A DNA stretch of 64,000 nucleotides from Eledone cirrhosa (lineage: Eukaryota): contig OZ024742.1 of assembly GCA_964016885.1 (NCBI GenBank), forward strand, positions 3,410,001-3,474,000, read 5' to 3'. Position numbers and translations under genes: made by a program. Positions within the stretch are counted from its first letter, which is position 1. Every line of letters starts with the position of its first letter. Below the pieces are notes generated by a model, which worked only from the letters and a program-made list of their open reading frames with translations, did no database searches and was not told the origin of the DNA. Positions 1 to 11,231 of this stretch are shown one piece after another.

Positions 1-537
1 TGAAAAGGTAAAAGTATTTTGTTGTATAATCGTTTCTTAAATATTTCAAATTGAATTTACATTTTGAAATCTATTGTTACCTGTTTTATATCTCCTGCCA
101 TTCCAACGTTATATAATTCACGTTTTTTTTTTTTGAGGATAGCCAATTGCATAAAATGTGTACAAGATAATAATACGTAAAATAAAATACTTGTAAATTT
201 CAAACTTGTATTGATTTTCATATATTAAAGAAAGATAATACTATATTTTCAAGAAGATATGAAACTAATTTCATTTTCTATTCATTTGCGATTTTTTCTT
301 TGTTGTCCAGTTTTTTCCCTTATATTTTATAAATACGTATCATATACTTGAGTGATAGCTGTTTAAAAGTATATGTCATTTTTATATCGGCAACGATGGG
401 AATCAAATATAAATATATATATATATATTCTTTTTTAAATTTAAGTTCGTGCAAAAGTATGTGAAAAAGAGAGATGAATTCGTTCAAAATATAAATTGTT
501 ATGAGACACTAAATATACATATAACTATAATAATAAT

Positions 538-712
538 TGTTTCTACTTTTGGCACAAGGCCAGTAATTACCCAGTGCGTTACTGGTACTTTATTTTATCG
601 ACCCCGTAAGGATGAAAGGCAAAGTTTACCTCGGTGGGATTTGAACTCAGACGATAAAGGACTGTAACTCTATGCTGCAAAGCATGGTGTCCAACTCTCT
701 ACCGATACTGCC
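538..712 (-). mobile_element. tRNA-derived SINE (MetaSINE-type core), slightly 5'-truncated
   Basis: The minus strand reads TGGCAGTATCGG (A box) ... GAGTTCAAATCC (B box) ... GCCTTTCATCCTTACGGGGTCGATAAAATAAAGTACCAG (Meta-domain-like core) ... GGCCTTGTGCCAAAAGTAGAAAC + (ATT)n. More than ten related copies occur in the window. Confidence 0.85.
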
Positions 713-982
713 AATAATAATAATGATTTCATTTATTAGCCACAAGGGCCTACATGTAGGGGACAATACAAAGACAAGGACAGTGTGGTTTTACAATAAG
801 GTCGAGTAAAAGTGCACAATGGCAAGACTAATTTAACAATGAAAATATAAAAATATAAAATAAACTATGCATAAATATAACAAAATAAATTCCCCGAGTG
901 ACTCGGGTACCCCACCAATCCTGAACCACCCTGCGCTTCTAGGGCACCCAGGGAGAGCACCCCTCTCCTCAAGTTAGCTAGC

Positions 983-3900
983 CTATAGGCGCATGGTCAG
1001 AGTAGGCCCATTCACACGAGCCATTCTCGCCACATTCACCCACCTTTTAGCAAATGTACTGGGAGGCAGCACTTCTCTCCCCAGCCTCACCTTCCTTTCC
1101 AGGTGAAACTTGAAGAAGTTGATGAGCGATTGGCCGAAGAGAAAAGTGTCTGTCTTTAGTCCTTTTAACCTGGTCCACCATATTACCTCTTTCGTAACTG
1201 CCACCAGACAGAAAATTTCCTGCTCTTCCTGACCTAAGGAAGGCGGTGGATCGATCTTCACTATGGACTCGGCCGATAGCCGGATTCGTTCCACACGCGA
1301 CAGTAGCTGTTCGACATAACTCCACAAGTCAGTAATTCACGGACATTGGACAAATGCGTGCAGAACGGTTTCGTCGTTCCATGCGCATCTTGGGCAGATT
1401 CGTCTGACAGCACTTCCGTGCCTGTAGAGGTTATCCCGAACCGGCAGTGCCCCCCGGTAGCACTGCCAAGCGAGGGATTTCTGGAAATTGTCCATCGTCC
1501 CCGGCTCAAAAGTCCTCCGGTACAGACTGGTCAGTTCGACTTCGTCGAGGCCCAAAGCTTCTCCGAGTGCGTCATCGCACTTTCCCACCAATAATCCTCT
1601 ATAGAACTCGAGAGTGGAAGTTCCACTGATCGCATTGCTCGCTTGGTAGAGGGCAGTGAGTGCCTGACAACATTCCAGGCGCCAGTCACCGGGTCTCGGT
1701 CTGTTCTTGACCCAGGACTGCAGCTCAGTCAAAGAAATGAGCTGCGGAAAGCCCGACTGATAAACGGCGACCACACCTGTTCACAGTTGAGGCAGAATAT
1801 CTGGAGATGTCGCAGCCTCAACGCATGTCTGCGCATCATTAGCCACGGCATGCCCAGCCCTCCGCGTAGAGGGGGCTGGCAGCAGATGGACTACCTCACC
1901 AACGGAACTTGTGCGCCCCACAAGAATTTGAAGAGGAGCCGTTCCAACTTGACGAGGCGCGGACGGGCGAAAGGCACGACGGTCAGGCGGTAGTAGATGA
2001 CGGACGCGATGTACGCAATCGCCACCTCCGCGCGACCTTTCAGTGATAGCTTCCTCCCAGCCCATTTTTGGGTTAGACTGGCTACTCTGCTCGTTACCTC
2101 GTCCCAATTCTTTTCCACCTGGAGGTCTGGGCCGAACCAAACCCCGAGCAACTTTACCGGTCCGTCCGTCCAGCGCAGCACGACGCTGTTGGACGGCATG
2201 GGCTTGCCTCTCCATGTTCCGAGCTGCAAGCCCACCGACTTTTCCGGGTTAAGTTTGGCTCCTGTCAACCTTTCATATTCCTTCAATAAGGCGCCGACCA
2301 CCTATATTTCTTAGGTGTTCGACACCATCACGGTGATGTCGTCCGCATAAGACGACACCGCCTTTCCACGTCCCGGTTCGAGCGGGATGCTCTGCAACAG
2401 CTCCAGCTTCCGTAGTAAAGGCTCGAGAGTCAATACGTACAGAAGGCAAGAGAGAGAGGTCACCCTTGACGGACCGTCGGGAGAGCCGAAATGGTTCCGA
2501 GAGGTGGCCATTAACCTTGACCACCGAGCGTGTGCCGCTGTGCATTGCAGCGATCCAGCTTCTAAAGACAGGGCCGAAGCCAGCTGCTTTGAGGACAAAC
2601 TCCAGATACCGATTGTCGACCCTATCGAATGCTTTCGATTGATCTAAATTGATCAGTGCCCCACCCAAGCCATGTTTACACCCTACCCTCTCTATGATGT
2701 ATCGCATGATGTGGAGATTGTCGTGTATGGACCTGGCTGGGATTGCGCAAGTTTGCGCCTCCCCAACCAAATCCTCGACGACAAGCGCCAATCTCTTTGC
2801 TAACACCTTGGCCAAAATCTTAAACTCTGTGTTGAGCAGAATTATTGGCCTGAAGTTTTCTAATGTATCCCTATTGTTCTCATCTTTCCTTATCAGCGTC
2901 ATCACTCCCCTGCTCACAGAACTGGGAATACTCTCATTCTGCTGCCAGTTACAGTAGAGTGCTTCGAGGAGTTCGGAGAACAAGTCTGGCATATTTACGT
3001 AAAGCTCGGAGGGCAGGCCATCCAAACCGAGTGACTTGCGCCTCATGCAGCCGACAAGGGCGTCCTGAATTTCGGCTGAAGTAATCGGCCTTTTGCAGCG
3101 CTCAGCGTCGACCGTCGAGATGCGCGGAAAGCCGTCAAGGTAGGGACTGAAATCCGCTACTCTCTCTGACTCGCTACTCTCCCCGAACAACCGAGCAAAC
3201 TGCTGGCGAAGGCCTCACACATCCGCTTGGAATCGCTCATCTCGTGTCCATCTCGGTCCACCAAAGACCGAATTGTGGTTTTATTACCACGCTGCGCCTC
3301 CGCCACGCGGGCCCATCGAACAGCTTTGGTTCCCTCGTTCCTCAGCGCACGCGCCTTAGCTCTGACAATGCAACCTCCGTGTTTCGCATTGAAGAAATGG
3401 TCTAATGCCATTCTCGCCGCTAGCACGTCAGTTGCAATGCCACTACAAATAGCCTCGTCTAACTTATCTACCAGCTGCCCCTCCTTTCTATTTTTCTCTA
3501 ACGCTAGTTCTTTGCTGAACTCTATCGAAGTTACTCTAATCTCTCTTTTGAGAGCCCCCCACCATCTGTTGTTGATGATCCCCCCTGTCAATTTTTGCTT
3601 AACTAAATTGTTGACTCGGTCTCTGTAAGCCTTACGTGCCGGAAATGACATGTTCATCTTCCAGTAACCCGGTCCTAACCTACGCGTTTTATCTCGGTCG
3701 ACCGTACAGATCACAAATTTGTGATCTGAATAGGCGACCGTTTTAAAAAGTGTGCAGCCCACACTATTTCTATCTATTTTCCTAATGAAGATCCTGTCTA
3801 TATACTATCTAGATGACTCCATTCGGTTGGTCCATGTCCATACTGGCACATTGGGAAAATCTAGTCGATACCTGTCAGACAGTTGGAACTGGCTGAGTAG

Positions 3901-4401
3901 GTCCTTTTGCACCCCACCCACCCCACTCCTATCGGCTACTCCCTCACAATCCCAGCGTGCGTCTAAGATGCCATTCCAGTCCCCCGGTAACAGTAAAGGG
4001 CGAGACGTACCCAGAAAGGTCTCCAGGAGCCTAAAGAAGTCCGGTCGTCCGGCCCCTGTAAGGGCGTAGACGGCCAGCAGTCTAAAGGCTCCACCTTCGC
4101 TACTGCTCACATCCAAGACCACCAACTTACCGTCCGGTTCCCGGAAGATCGACCTTACCTCGAGATCCAGTTCTTTCCGAAACAGCACTCCCCCCCCTCC
4201 CCCCATTCCCCGCCTGCTAACAGATGCTACGATCTGAAAGTCGTCGAAAAGGGGGGCTAGTGCGCGCGTGTCGGAAAGTATGGTCTCGCTGATGGCAATC
4301 ACATCCATTTCCAGCGACCTGAGGTCGTTGAGCAGCCGACCCTGCTTCCAGGGTGACCCCAGGCCGCGAACATTTAAACTCCCTACTCTTAATATGGCCA
4401 T
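983..4401 (-). pseudogene. Tx1 ORF2 (AP endonuclease + reverse transcriptase + zf-RVT), frameshifted
   Basis: Consecutive ORF pieces: SLNVRGL...ISET...GDWN...SDH (APE); GLDGL...FRPIILLNTEFKILAK...DQSKAFDRVD...YADD (RT); CPRC...ETVLHAFVQC (zf-RVT). Several frameshifts and stops. Confidence 0.9.
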
Positions 4402-4430
4402 ATTTGTAACCTAAGAGAGAGAGGGAAGGT

Positions 4431-6381
4431 TTACTTACCTCCCGGGGTCTTGTGAAGGTCGGGTGGTTCGACCTCCATGGTTGGTGGGGTTTCTTTTGGG
4501 AACCCCTTTAAAAGTCTTGATGTGGGTTTCACATTCGGGGTTCCCACGTCTTGAGGAAAGCTCTCTCGAATTTCTTTGAAGGAAAATTGTGTGACATTCG
4601 GACCAGAAGCAAATATTCTGGCACGCAAAATGTGCTCATTTCAAAAATCTCCCCCTCTGTTTGAATGTCCTCGCTTCGTGCTAAGAGGGCCATCAGTTTA
4701 TCGTTGGCCCTTCTGACAAGCACGAAGTTTTTAACATTTTGTTGGTGTGGTTTTATTTGTTTTCGTTTTGGTGAAGGTGGTGGCGATGGTTTTGGTGGTG
4801 TTGTTTCGGAAATGTCTGTGTTTGTTGTAGGTGTAGTGTCTGCAATTTCAGGTATTTGTGTGTTTATTTGTACTTGTGTTTGTTGAGGTTGTTTGCGTTT
4901 TGGGGATTGTGGAGGTGGTGTCGATGTTGATGCTGGTGATGATGTTATTGGGGAAGTGTTTGCGTTAGTGGTGTCTGTATTTTTTGTTGTGTATGTTTTT
5001 GTGTTTTGTTGGGGCTTTTTTTTTTTGTGAGTTTTCTCTGTTTTTTATTTTTGCACTTTTGGGTTTTCCTTCATCTTCGCTGCTGGAAGACAAAGGGTCT
5101 GTGGCTGTGAGTGTCTCTGTGTCTGTGTGTGCGTTTATTGTTTTGTCTATGTGTATAATTGGGGGGTAGGGGGAGTGGGAGAGCTTTCCTCGTTTTCCTC
5201 TTGGATTGGTTTTGGTGTTGGTGGTGATCCGGCTGTTTTTGATGTTGGTGTCCGTGTTTTTGTTGGTGTTGTTTTTGGTGGTGGTGGTGCAGCTTTCCGT
5301 GCTGACACTGGCGTTGGCAACAAAGGAGGTTTGCGACCCCCTGCATTTTTGCGCTGAGAGCAGAAGGCTTGCAGATACGTTGCATCCCCGTAGACGAAGC
5401 AGCGTGGCCTTCTTCCGTCAATGATTAGTTGGATTGTTGCCCCGTCCTGCAGGCGGGCAAAATCCGGGATGTTGTTCATGTCCCCCGGTTTCATTTGGAG
5501 AAGAATCTCCAAATCCATTCCGGACCAGTCCTCTCTCTCTGTCCTTTTGATATCCAGGAGGGTAGTGTCTGTCCCCTCCTCGATTACACATCCCAGCAGC
5601 CACCATATGTTCATTCCTGGTGGGATGCTGGGAATGCGTAACTTTACTGTCCTTTTACCCATGTAGGAGGGATGCATGATAATGCGTTCCGTTCTGCAGG
5701 GGGTCACCGAGTGCTTAATAGCTAGGGCCTCGGTTTTGAACAGTACCGAGATGGTACCGAACTGTTTGCCTCTTGCTTTATACTCTATGTTACTTCCGAT
5801 GTACTCCAAAGCAGCCTCGACCTCTGCTTGGCTGGCAAGTTCCACTTTTCGTGTCTGCACCGAAATGCATCGAAAGAACACCGTCCTCCTTTGCATGGCC
5901 GCTATTGCCTCGTCCGGGATGGTCAGGTTTGCCCAGGACTTCTCCCGTTTAATTAGCCTCCACGCTTGGGCCAACTGTTCGTCTTTATCGCTAATATCAA
6001 TATCAATATTCAATAAGCGCTTTGTTTTTGCTGTGGTGCTTCTGATGCTCTTATTGTTGGTGTTGTCATTCTTGCTGTTGTTATTGGTGTTGTTGTTGTT
6101 GTTTTGTTTGTTGATGCTTTGCCACCGCCATCCGTGTTTACATTGAAGCTGTCGGTGTCATTGTCGTTATTGCTCTGAGTTGTTGTTGTTGTGGTGGTGG
6201 TGGTGATGTCGTTTTCAGATGATACTGCTGCTATCACAGAAGGTTGAGTTTTGCCTTCACATTCAGTAGAGTGGATGACAGGCATGACTGTAGCCGTCGT
6301 AGTCGTGGTGAAATCTGCAGTGGCTGCCTTTAAACTTTTGACCTGAACGTTGTTTACCGTTTCAAGGTCGAACATTTCCAT
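4431..6381 (-). pseudogene. Tx1 ORF1 (gag-like nucleic-acid-binding protein with degenerate zinc knuckle), frameshifted
   Basis: ORFs 6010-6381, 5147-6013 and 4431-4723 lie directly upstream of ORF2. GRRPRCFVYGDATYLQAFC is a degenerate CCHC knuckle. Conserved with copy 2 (GKRPQCFVCGEKN). Confidence 0.75.
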
Positions 6382-6742
6382 GATTTTTTGGGGGGTGGGG
6401 AAGCGATTTTTTTCGAAGTTTTTAAAAAGTAAATCTGAATATTCGGGCTTAAAGCCCGAATATTGAGGGGTATCCCTCTCTTTAAATCAAGATGTATACC
6501 TTAAGTTTCGTTAACGAGAAGAAAATACAAAAAATGACACTTTAAAACAGCTTAAAGTTACGAACCTTTTACCCCGCAGATTTGTACTGTCTTCACACAT
6601 GTGCGGCCATAATAATAATAATAACTATAATAATAATAATTATCTGTCTGAGACACTAGAAGTATATATGAGATTAAATATAGAGAAATATAAACAGAAA
6701 TGTATCATAACTTTTCTATAGACAGAAACATTGCATATCCAG

Positions 6743-6743
<1 letters not shown>

Positions 6744-6787
<44 letters not shown>

Positions 6788-6798
6788 TGCGTGCGTGC

Positions 6799-6861
<63 letters not shown>

Positions 6862-6867
6862 TGTGTG
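6744..6867. repeat. Compound (TG)n/(GCGT)n microsatellite
   Basis: Read directly from the sequence. Confidence 0.95.
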
Positions 6868-6936
6868 CACTATAATCATATATACATATATAACGACTTT
6901 TGAATGAAGTGCGTCATACTGATTCAATTTACTTAC

Positions 6937-7030
6937 TTGGTTCCTTAGTGGTTAGGAAATTATTAAACTTTTGATAGTATACAAAAGTTTCTTTTAAATA
7001 TTTCCCGAAAAAGATGTATAACGTTCCTAG
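6937..7030 (-). CDS. Candidate host exon C (94 nt, phase 0-1): LGTLYIFFGKYLKETFVYYQKFNNFLTTKEP
   Basis: Weak acceptor GTAATTAG| and consensus donor |GTAAGT. In phase with exon B. Confidence 0.35.
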
Positions 7031-7244
7031 CTAATTACATTTTATATTGATAATTATTGTAATCATTTACAAACCTACCTACTCCGTTTACTAGAATACA
7101 TTCTATATGTATAGAGCACAAAATGAAATTACAAGATAGGAATAATGTAATAACACATTGTATTAAAATGTCTGGTTCTTTTGAGAATAGATTCAATATA
7201 TATTAACATTAAGATTAATATGGAAGATAAGAAAATAACTTTAC

Positions 7245-7425
7245 TTCATATGAATTAGGTGAGAGAATAATCATGACTTGTTGAAGAATTTTAGCAGTAA
7301 TTGTTAGGTCAGGTATCTTCCAGTTAATGGTACCATTACCATGTATAACTTGCTTCAATGTCGAATGGTCAGCATCTAAACCGACTACCCCACCAGTCTG
7401 GTGAGGAGGGTACTTGGAACTCGAA
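7245..7425 (-). CDS. Candidate host exon B (181 nt, phase 2-0): SSSKYPPHQTGGVVGLDADHSTLKQVIHGNGTINWKIPDLTITAKILQQVMIILSPNSYE
   Basis: Acceptor TTATTTTGTTTGTGCAG| and donor |GTAAAG. Only the phase-compatible frame is open. Confidence 0.42.
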
Positions 7426-7516
7426 CTGCACAAACAAAATAAGAGCTCTAAATAGGGCGAATAAACTCCTCAAAGTCAACCGACTTCAACCAGAACTATG
7501 AGTCAAATAGTCTCAC

Positions 7517-7657
7517 CAACCCACAATTGGCCAGGTGTGGGCAGTACGGCTACATTCCTGACATGAACAAACCAAGCTGTAAGCTGTAGAGGTGAACCAG
7601 GGAGGGGGTCCTCGAACAGGAGTAAGAAATCCCTGAATTTGAATTGGACTAGAATAT
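7517..7657 (-). CDS. Candidate host exon A (141 nt, phase 2-2): YSSPIQIQGFLTPVRGPPPWFTSTAYSLVCSCQECSRTAHTWPIVG
   Basis: Pyrimidine-rich acceptor TTTTTTCTTTCCTTTTACAAG| and donor |GTGAGA. Open frame that splices in phase to exon B across a 91-nt intron. Confidence 0.4.
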
Positions 7658-8623
7658 CTTGTAAAAGGAAAGAAAAAAAAAACGAATGACAGATCAAGGA
7701 ATTTACGTTAATATAATGTTTATGTTTTTATTTTCTAAAAGTATAAGTTTATCACAATTGTTAGGGCATCTCTTTGGTGTTTCCAGAAAACACACAACTG
7801 GAACAAGAATCAGAAAATATCCCGTTCGATGATTTAATAATTCTGCCGATCGAACTTCTTCGCGATTGATACTTTATTTATCGAGCCCTGAAAGGACCAA
7901 TAGCAAAGTTGACACCAGCTGGACGGCCCGAAAAATTCGCCTTCTTCGCGAAAATATATGTAAATAGCATTAAGATGAAATATCAGAACCAGAATCGATA
8001 AGCCACCTAAAATATATGGCTGCAACGCGAAATTCTTAACCGCGCAAATTATCTTACGCTTAGTATATAATTGTGTTAATTAAATATTTTGAGATAGATA
8101 ATCTAGTGAAGTTATTCATTACAGACAGTGCTACAGGCATCTTTCCTTGATGTGGTACATTTTCGTTATAAGTTTATTGGTATGTATAATGTAACACTGT
8201 AATTATTATCATATAGCCACTCAAAACGCAAAGACATAATTTAGTAGATATACACTTTCCATATATGGATACTGAATATATATATATATATATAAAAGAG
8301 GGTGTTGTAGGTTGCATGAAGCAATGTGTTTCTGTATAAAGCAGTATGTTATATGAAGGCTGTAACAATTCAAAATAGATTGTTTCGGAATTAACTGAAG
8401 GCAACAGAGATATTTTCTTTACCTGTCCTAATATTTCGGAAAATAGTACAAACATCGATCCAGTTTCTTATTATAGTCTTCCGAGGAAGGGGTTTTTAAC
8501 TCTAAATATTAGAACAGGTAAATAAATAAATAAAAACAGGTAATACACCAACATATTTGTTGTCTTCAATTTATTCCAAAATCTATTGTCTATTTTGTAT
8601 TGTAGATTTCAAATAATATACTG

Positions 8624-8675
<52 letters not shown>

Positions 8676-8759
8676 AGGATCGATCGACTTTCGTCAAATC
8701 GAACCGGGGAAACAATGTTTCCGTTGGTCTTTCCAGTTGCTAATACTATCCATCGTAGA

Positions 8760-8868
8760 AGGAGCATTGTGAAATAAAGTGTCTTGCTCAAGACATAACG
8801 CATCGCCTGGTCTGAGAATCGAACTCACAATTGCGAATCCAATTCTCTAACCCCTCAGCCACACGCCT
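8760..8868 (-). mobile_element. Second tRNA-derived SINE family (degenerate)
   Basis: The minus strand reads GGCGTGTGGCTGAGGGGTTAG (A box) ... GAGTTCGATTC (B box) ... CTTGAGCAAGACACTTTATTTCAC. A related copy lies near 36110. Confidence 0.6.
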
Positions 8869-9285
8869 TTATATATATATATATATATATTTATTAAAAT
8901 AACAGATTAAAGTTTAAGCAAAGAATCGCCGCTTTCACCCTTAACGGGATCTTCTGAAACTAACAAAGTCAATCTGTAAACGCAGAACTGGATATTTCAA
9001 AAAACGTTGCAACCGGAGGAAGACAGGAAGACGATACTTTGGTTCGTGGAAACGTTCTCTGGCAAAGAACGGGAAAAAACGAATAAGATGCGTCATTAAT
9101 AGGAGCGGTGAAAAACAATTACGCGCAAAGACAGAACCACGTTTATGGTATAAAAGAGGTCGTAGACTAATGTTCTCTTAGGTGGTGCATAGAGACGTTC
9201 TCTGGCAATGAACGAAAAAAACGAAGATAATACGTCATATGTGGAACGTGGAGAACAATAGCGTATATATATATATATATATATA

Positions 9286-9673
9286 GTATTTCCAAAGAAA
9301 TACGGTTTTAGGAAGCCGTAGCTATGCAAACACCGGGGTCTAACGTCCTCTGGTGTTGTCCAGCAGAAGCAAGGGGGACAACCGTCTATGCATTTCAGGC
9401 TTAACTGGCCATCGTCAGGACGTTCCCTCCCACCGCTTGCGACTGCTGGACTAGAAGACAGGCGAGAATATATAGTTTTCTCGTCTGTGTACATGAGGTG
9501 ATTAATCTCATTTGCATATGAAGCTGCATAAGTTGGCTCAACATATAATACTAGTCCAGCAGTCGCAAGCGGTGGGAGGGACCGGCCTGACGATGGCCAG
9601 TTAAGTCTGAAATGCATAGACGGTTGTCCCCCTTGCTTCTGCTGGACATCACCAGAGGGCGTTAGCCCCCCGG
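9286..9673. mobile_element. Fold-back PLE-derived mini-element with an HHR in each arm
   Basis: Inverted arms 9333-9454 and 9551-9673. Extra tail 9286-9332 starts with GTATT directly after (TA)n. Confidence 0.75.
9581..9624 (+). ncRNA. Minimal type I hammerhead ribozyme (antisense twin at about 9380-9424)
   Basis: ACCG(G)C-CTGACGA-T-GGC-CAGTTAA-GTC-T-GAAA-TGCA-TA-GACGGT: core CUGANGA/GAAA, palindromic stem III ATGCAT, cleavage triplet AUA. Confidence 0.7.
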
Positions 9674-9729
9674 AGTCCAGAAATAGCCGTCGAAACGGCG
9701 TGAGCTCTGCCGTCGGGGTCATACCTTAT

Positions 9730-9791
<62 letters not shown>

Positions 9792-9797
<6 letters not shown>

Positions 9798-10419
9798 GAA
9801 AAATTGAACAGGGACAGAACAGAGAGGCAGTACGATAAATGTTTATTAAATTCACGCTCAGGAGAGTGGGGGGTAGGTGGGGGACGACGTTTCGGGCATA
9901 AGCCCTTCTTCAGGTGAGAGTTCAAAAGGTGTGTAGGGGAGTGGTGGAGAGACATATAGCGAAAGGAAACGGTGCGAATGAAAAATTAACAAATAATGAC
10001 AAAAATATAATAAATAATAAATAAAAATAAAGCATGATCAAAATACAAGGAATGAGAAAATTTAAAAATAAAGGCATGATCAAAATAAACTGAAATTAAA
10101 AGGGGGGTAAACAGGTGGTGGAAGGGTGTGGGGTGAGTAGAGGTGGTGGCGGATGGAGTGGGGAGAGGGAGACGGGGTGTCCGAGCGGGGAGGGCTGAAG
10201 GTGGTGTGTGTGGTTAGGTGTGCGTGTGTGTGTGTGTGTGTGTATGTGAAAGTGAGGGTTGGGGGAAGAACGGGGTTGCATGTTCAGGAAGGTGTGTGTG
10301 GGGGGTGATTTTGTGGGTCGGAGGGTCTGTGCGTGTGTGGATAGGGGGTGGGGGGAGAGGAATCAGGGGGCTGAGGGTGTAAATATGTGGTGGGAAGCAC
10401 GTGTGTGTGGTTTAAGCGT
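9792..10419 (-). repeat. 3' pseudo-LTR of the Neptune PLE (near-identical 5' copy at 14511-15137)
   Basis: Direct repeat from TATAATGAAAAATTGAACAGGG to GTGGTTTAAGCGT. Confidence 0.9.
9886..9920 (-). ncRNA. Minimal hammerhead-like motif in the pLTR (second copy 14604-14638)
   Basis: CTGAAGA-A-GGGC-TTAT-GCCC-GAAA-CG-TC. Stem I is weak or non-adjacent. Confidence 0.55.
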
Positions 10420-10746
10420 GTTGTGGGTGTGGGTGGCGTGTGGATAAAAAAATTGTTTTGGTGTGTGTGTGTGGGTGAGTTATATAGGTGATGGTGTAAG
10501 AGGATGGTTGAAAGTGGTAAGTTACACGGATGTATGGAGATTTTGGTTGGAAGTCAAAACGCGTGTGGGTAATCCAAGAAGCGGTGGTCGGAAGGGGAGA
10601 GATGTGGGGTGCGCGCGCAACAGGAAGTGGTCAGCAGTGAAAGTGCTGTGGTCAGTTGGTGCTGAGACAGTGGTCGGAAGGGCATAGCAGCAGTCGGCGG
10701 AATGGTAGGGAGGCGAGGATGGGTAGGCGTGAGAGTTGGAGTGAGG

Positions 10747-10785
<39 letters not shown>

Positions 10786-11231
10786 TAGTAGGGGTGTTAG
10801 TGGGATGAGTGAGTGTGCAGTGGGGAGAGAAGGGTGTGTGTGGTTCTATGGAGGGAGTGTGGTGTACTGGTGTGTGTGTAGTTTGGTGAGGAGGTGTTAG
10901 TGGGTGTTAGTATACGGGAGGTGGGGAGGGGTGGAATGCAGGTGTGAGTGGAGGTTAGTGGGGGTAGGGTGTGTAGAGTTGGTGGTGTACGAGGGTGTGT
11001 GGGTACGTGTGCGTGGGGTTGGAGGGTGTTAGTGATGTTAGTTGCGTGTGGGGTGGGTGGTGTAAGTGGGTGCGTGTGTGCGTGTGATAAGGAGGGGGGA
11101 GGAGGAGAAGAGGGCAGGGAAGGGATGTTAGTATGTTAGTTGGGGAAGGGTGGTCAGATGAGGGGTGGAGTGGAGGTGTTAGTATTGTTAGTGTGGGGTG
11201 GGCGGTGAAAAGGAGGGGTGTGTTAGTGGTG

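Larger units (their letters stand above)
725..6608 (-). mobile_element. Full-length Tx1-clade (L1 group) non-LTR retrotransposon, copy 1, inserted in (AAT)n
   Basis: ORF1 plus ORF2 (APE, RT, C-terminal Zn finger). The 3' end is AATAAATGAAATC(ATT)n and the 5' end starts with GG after (ATT)n. Homologous to 52021-61352 and 61380-63267. Confidence 0.9.

Noticed and set aside
538-712. tRNA genes at A-box/B-box motifs
   Set aside because: There is no cloverleaf. The motifs are SINE heads followed by the SINE core and tail.
1346-4069. Plus-strand ORFs opposite Tx1 ORF2 (and equivalents in copies 2 and 3, and opposite the RTE)
   Set aside because: They are antisense shadows of a GC-balanced coding sequence with no independent motifs.
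8423-8501. Further upstream exon (TTTAG|...CAG|GTAAAG, minus strand)
   Set aside because: All three frames contain a stop, including the one in phase with exon A. It could only be non-coding or mutated.
8925-8960. Hammerhead on the minus strand (CAGAAGA-TCCC..GGGT-GAAAGC)
   Set aside because: The core and cleavage triplet are mutated and stem I is unclear. It is probably an old PLE end but too decayed to call.
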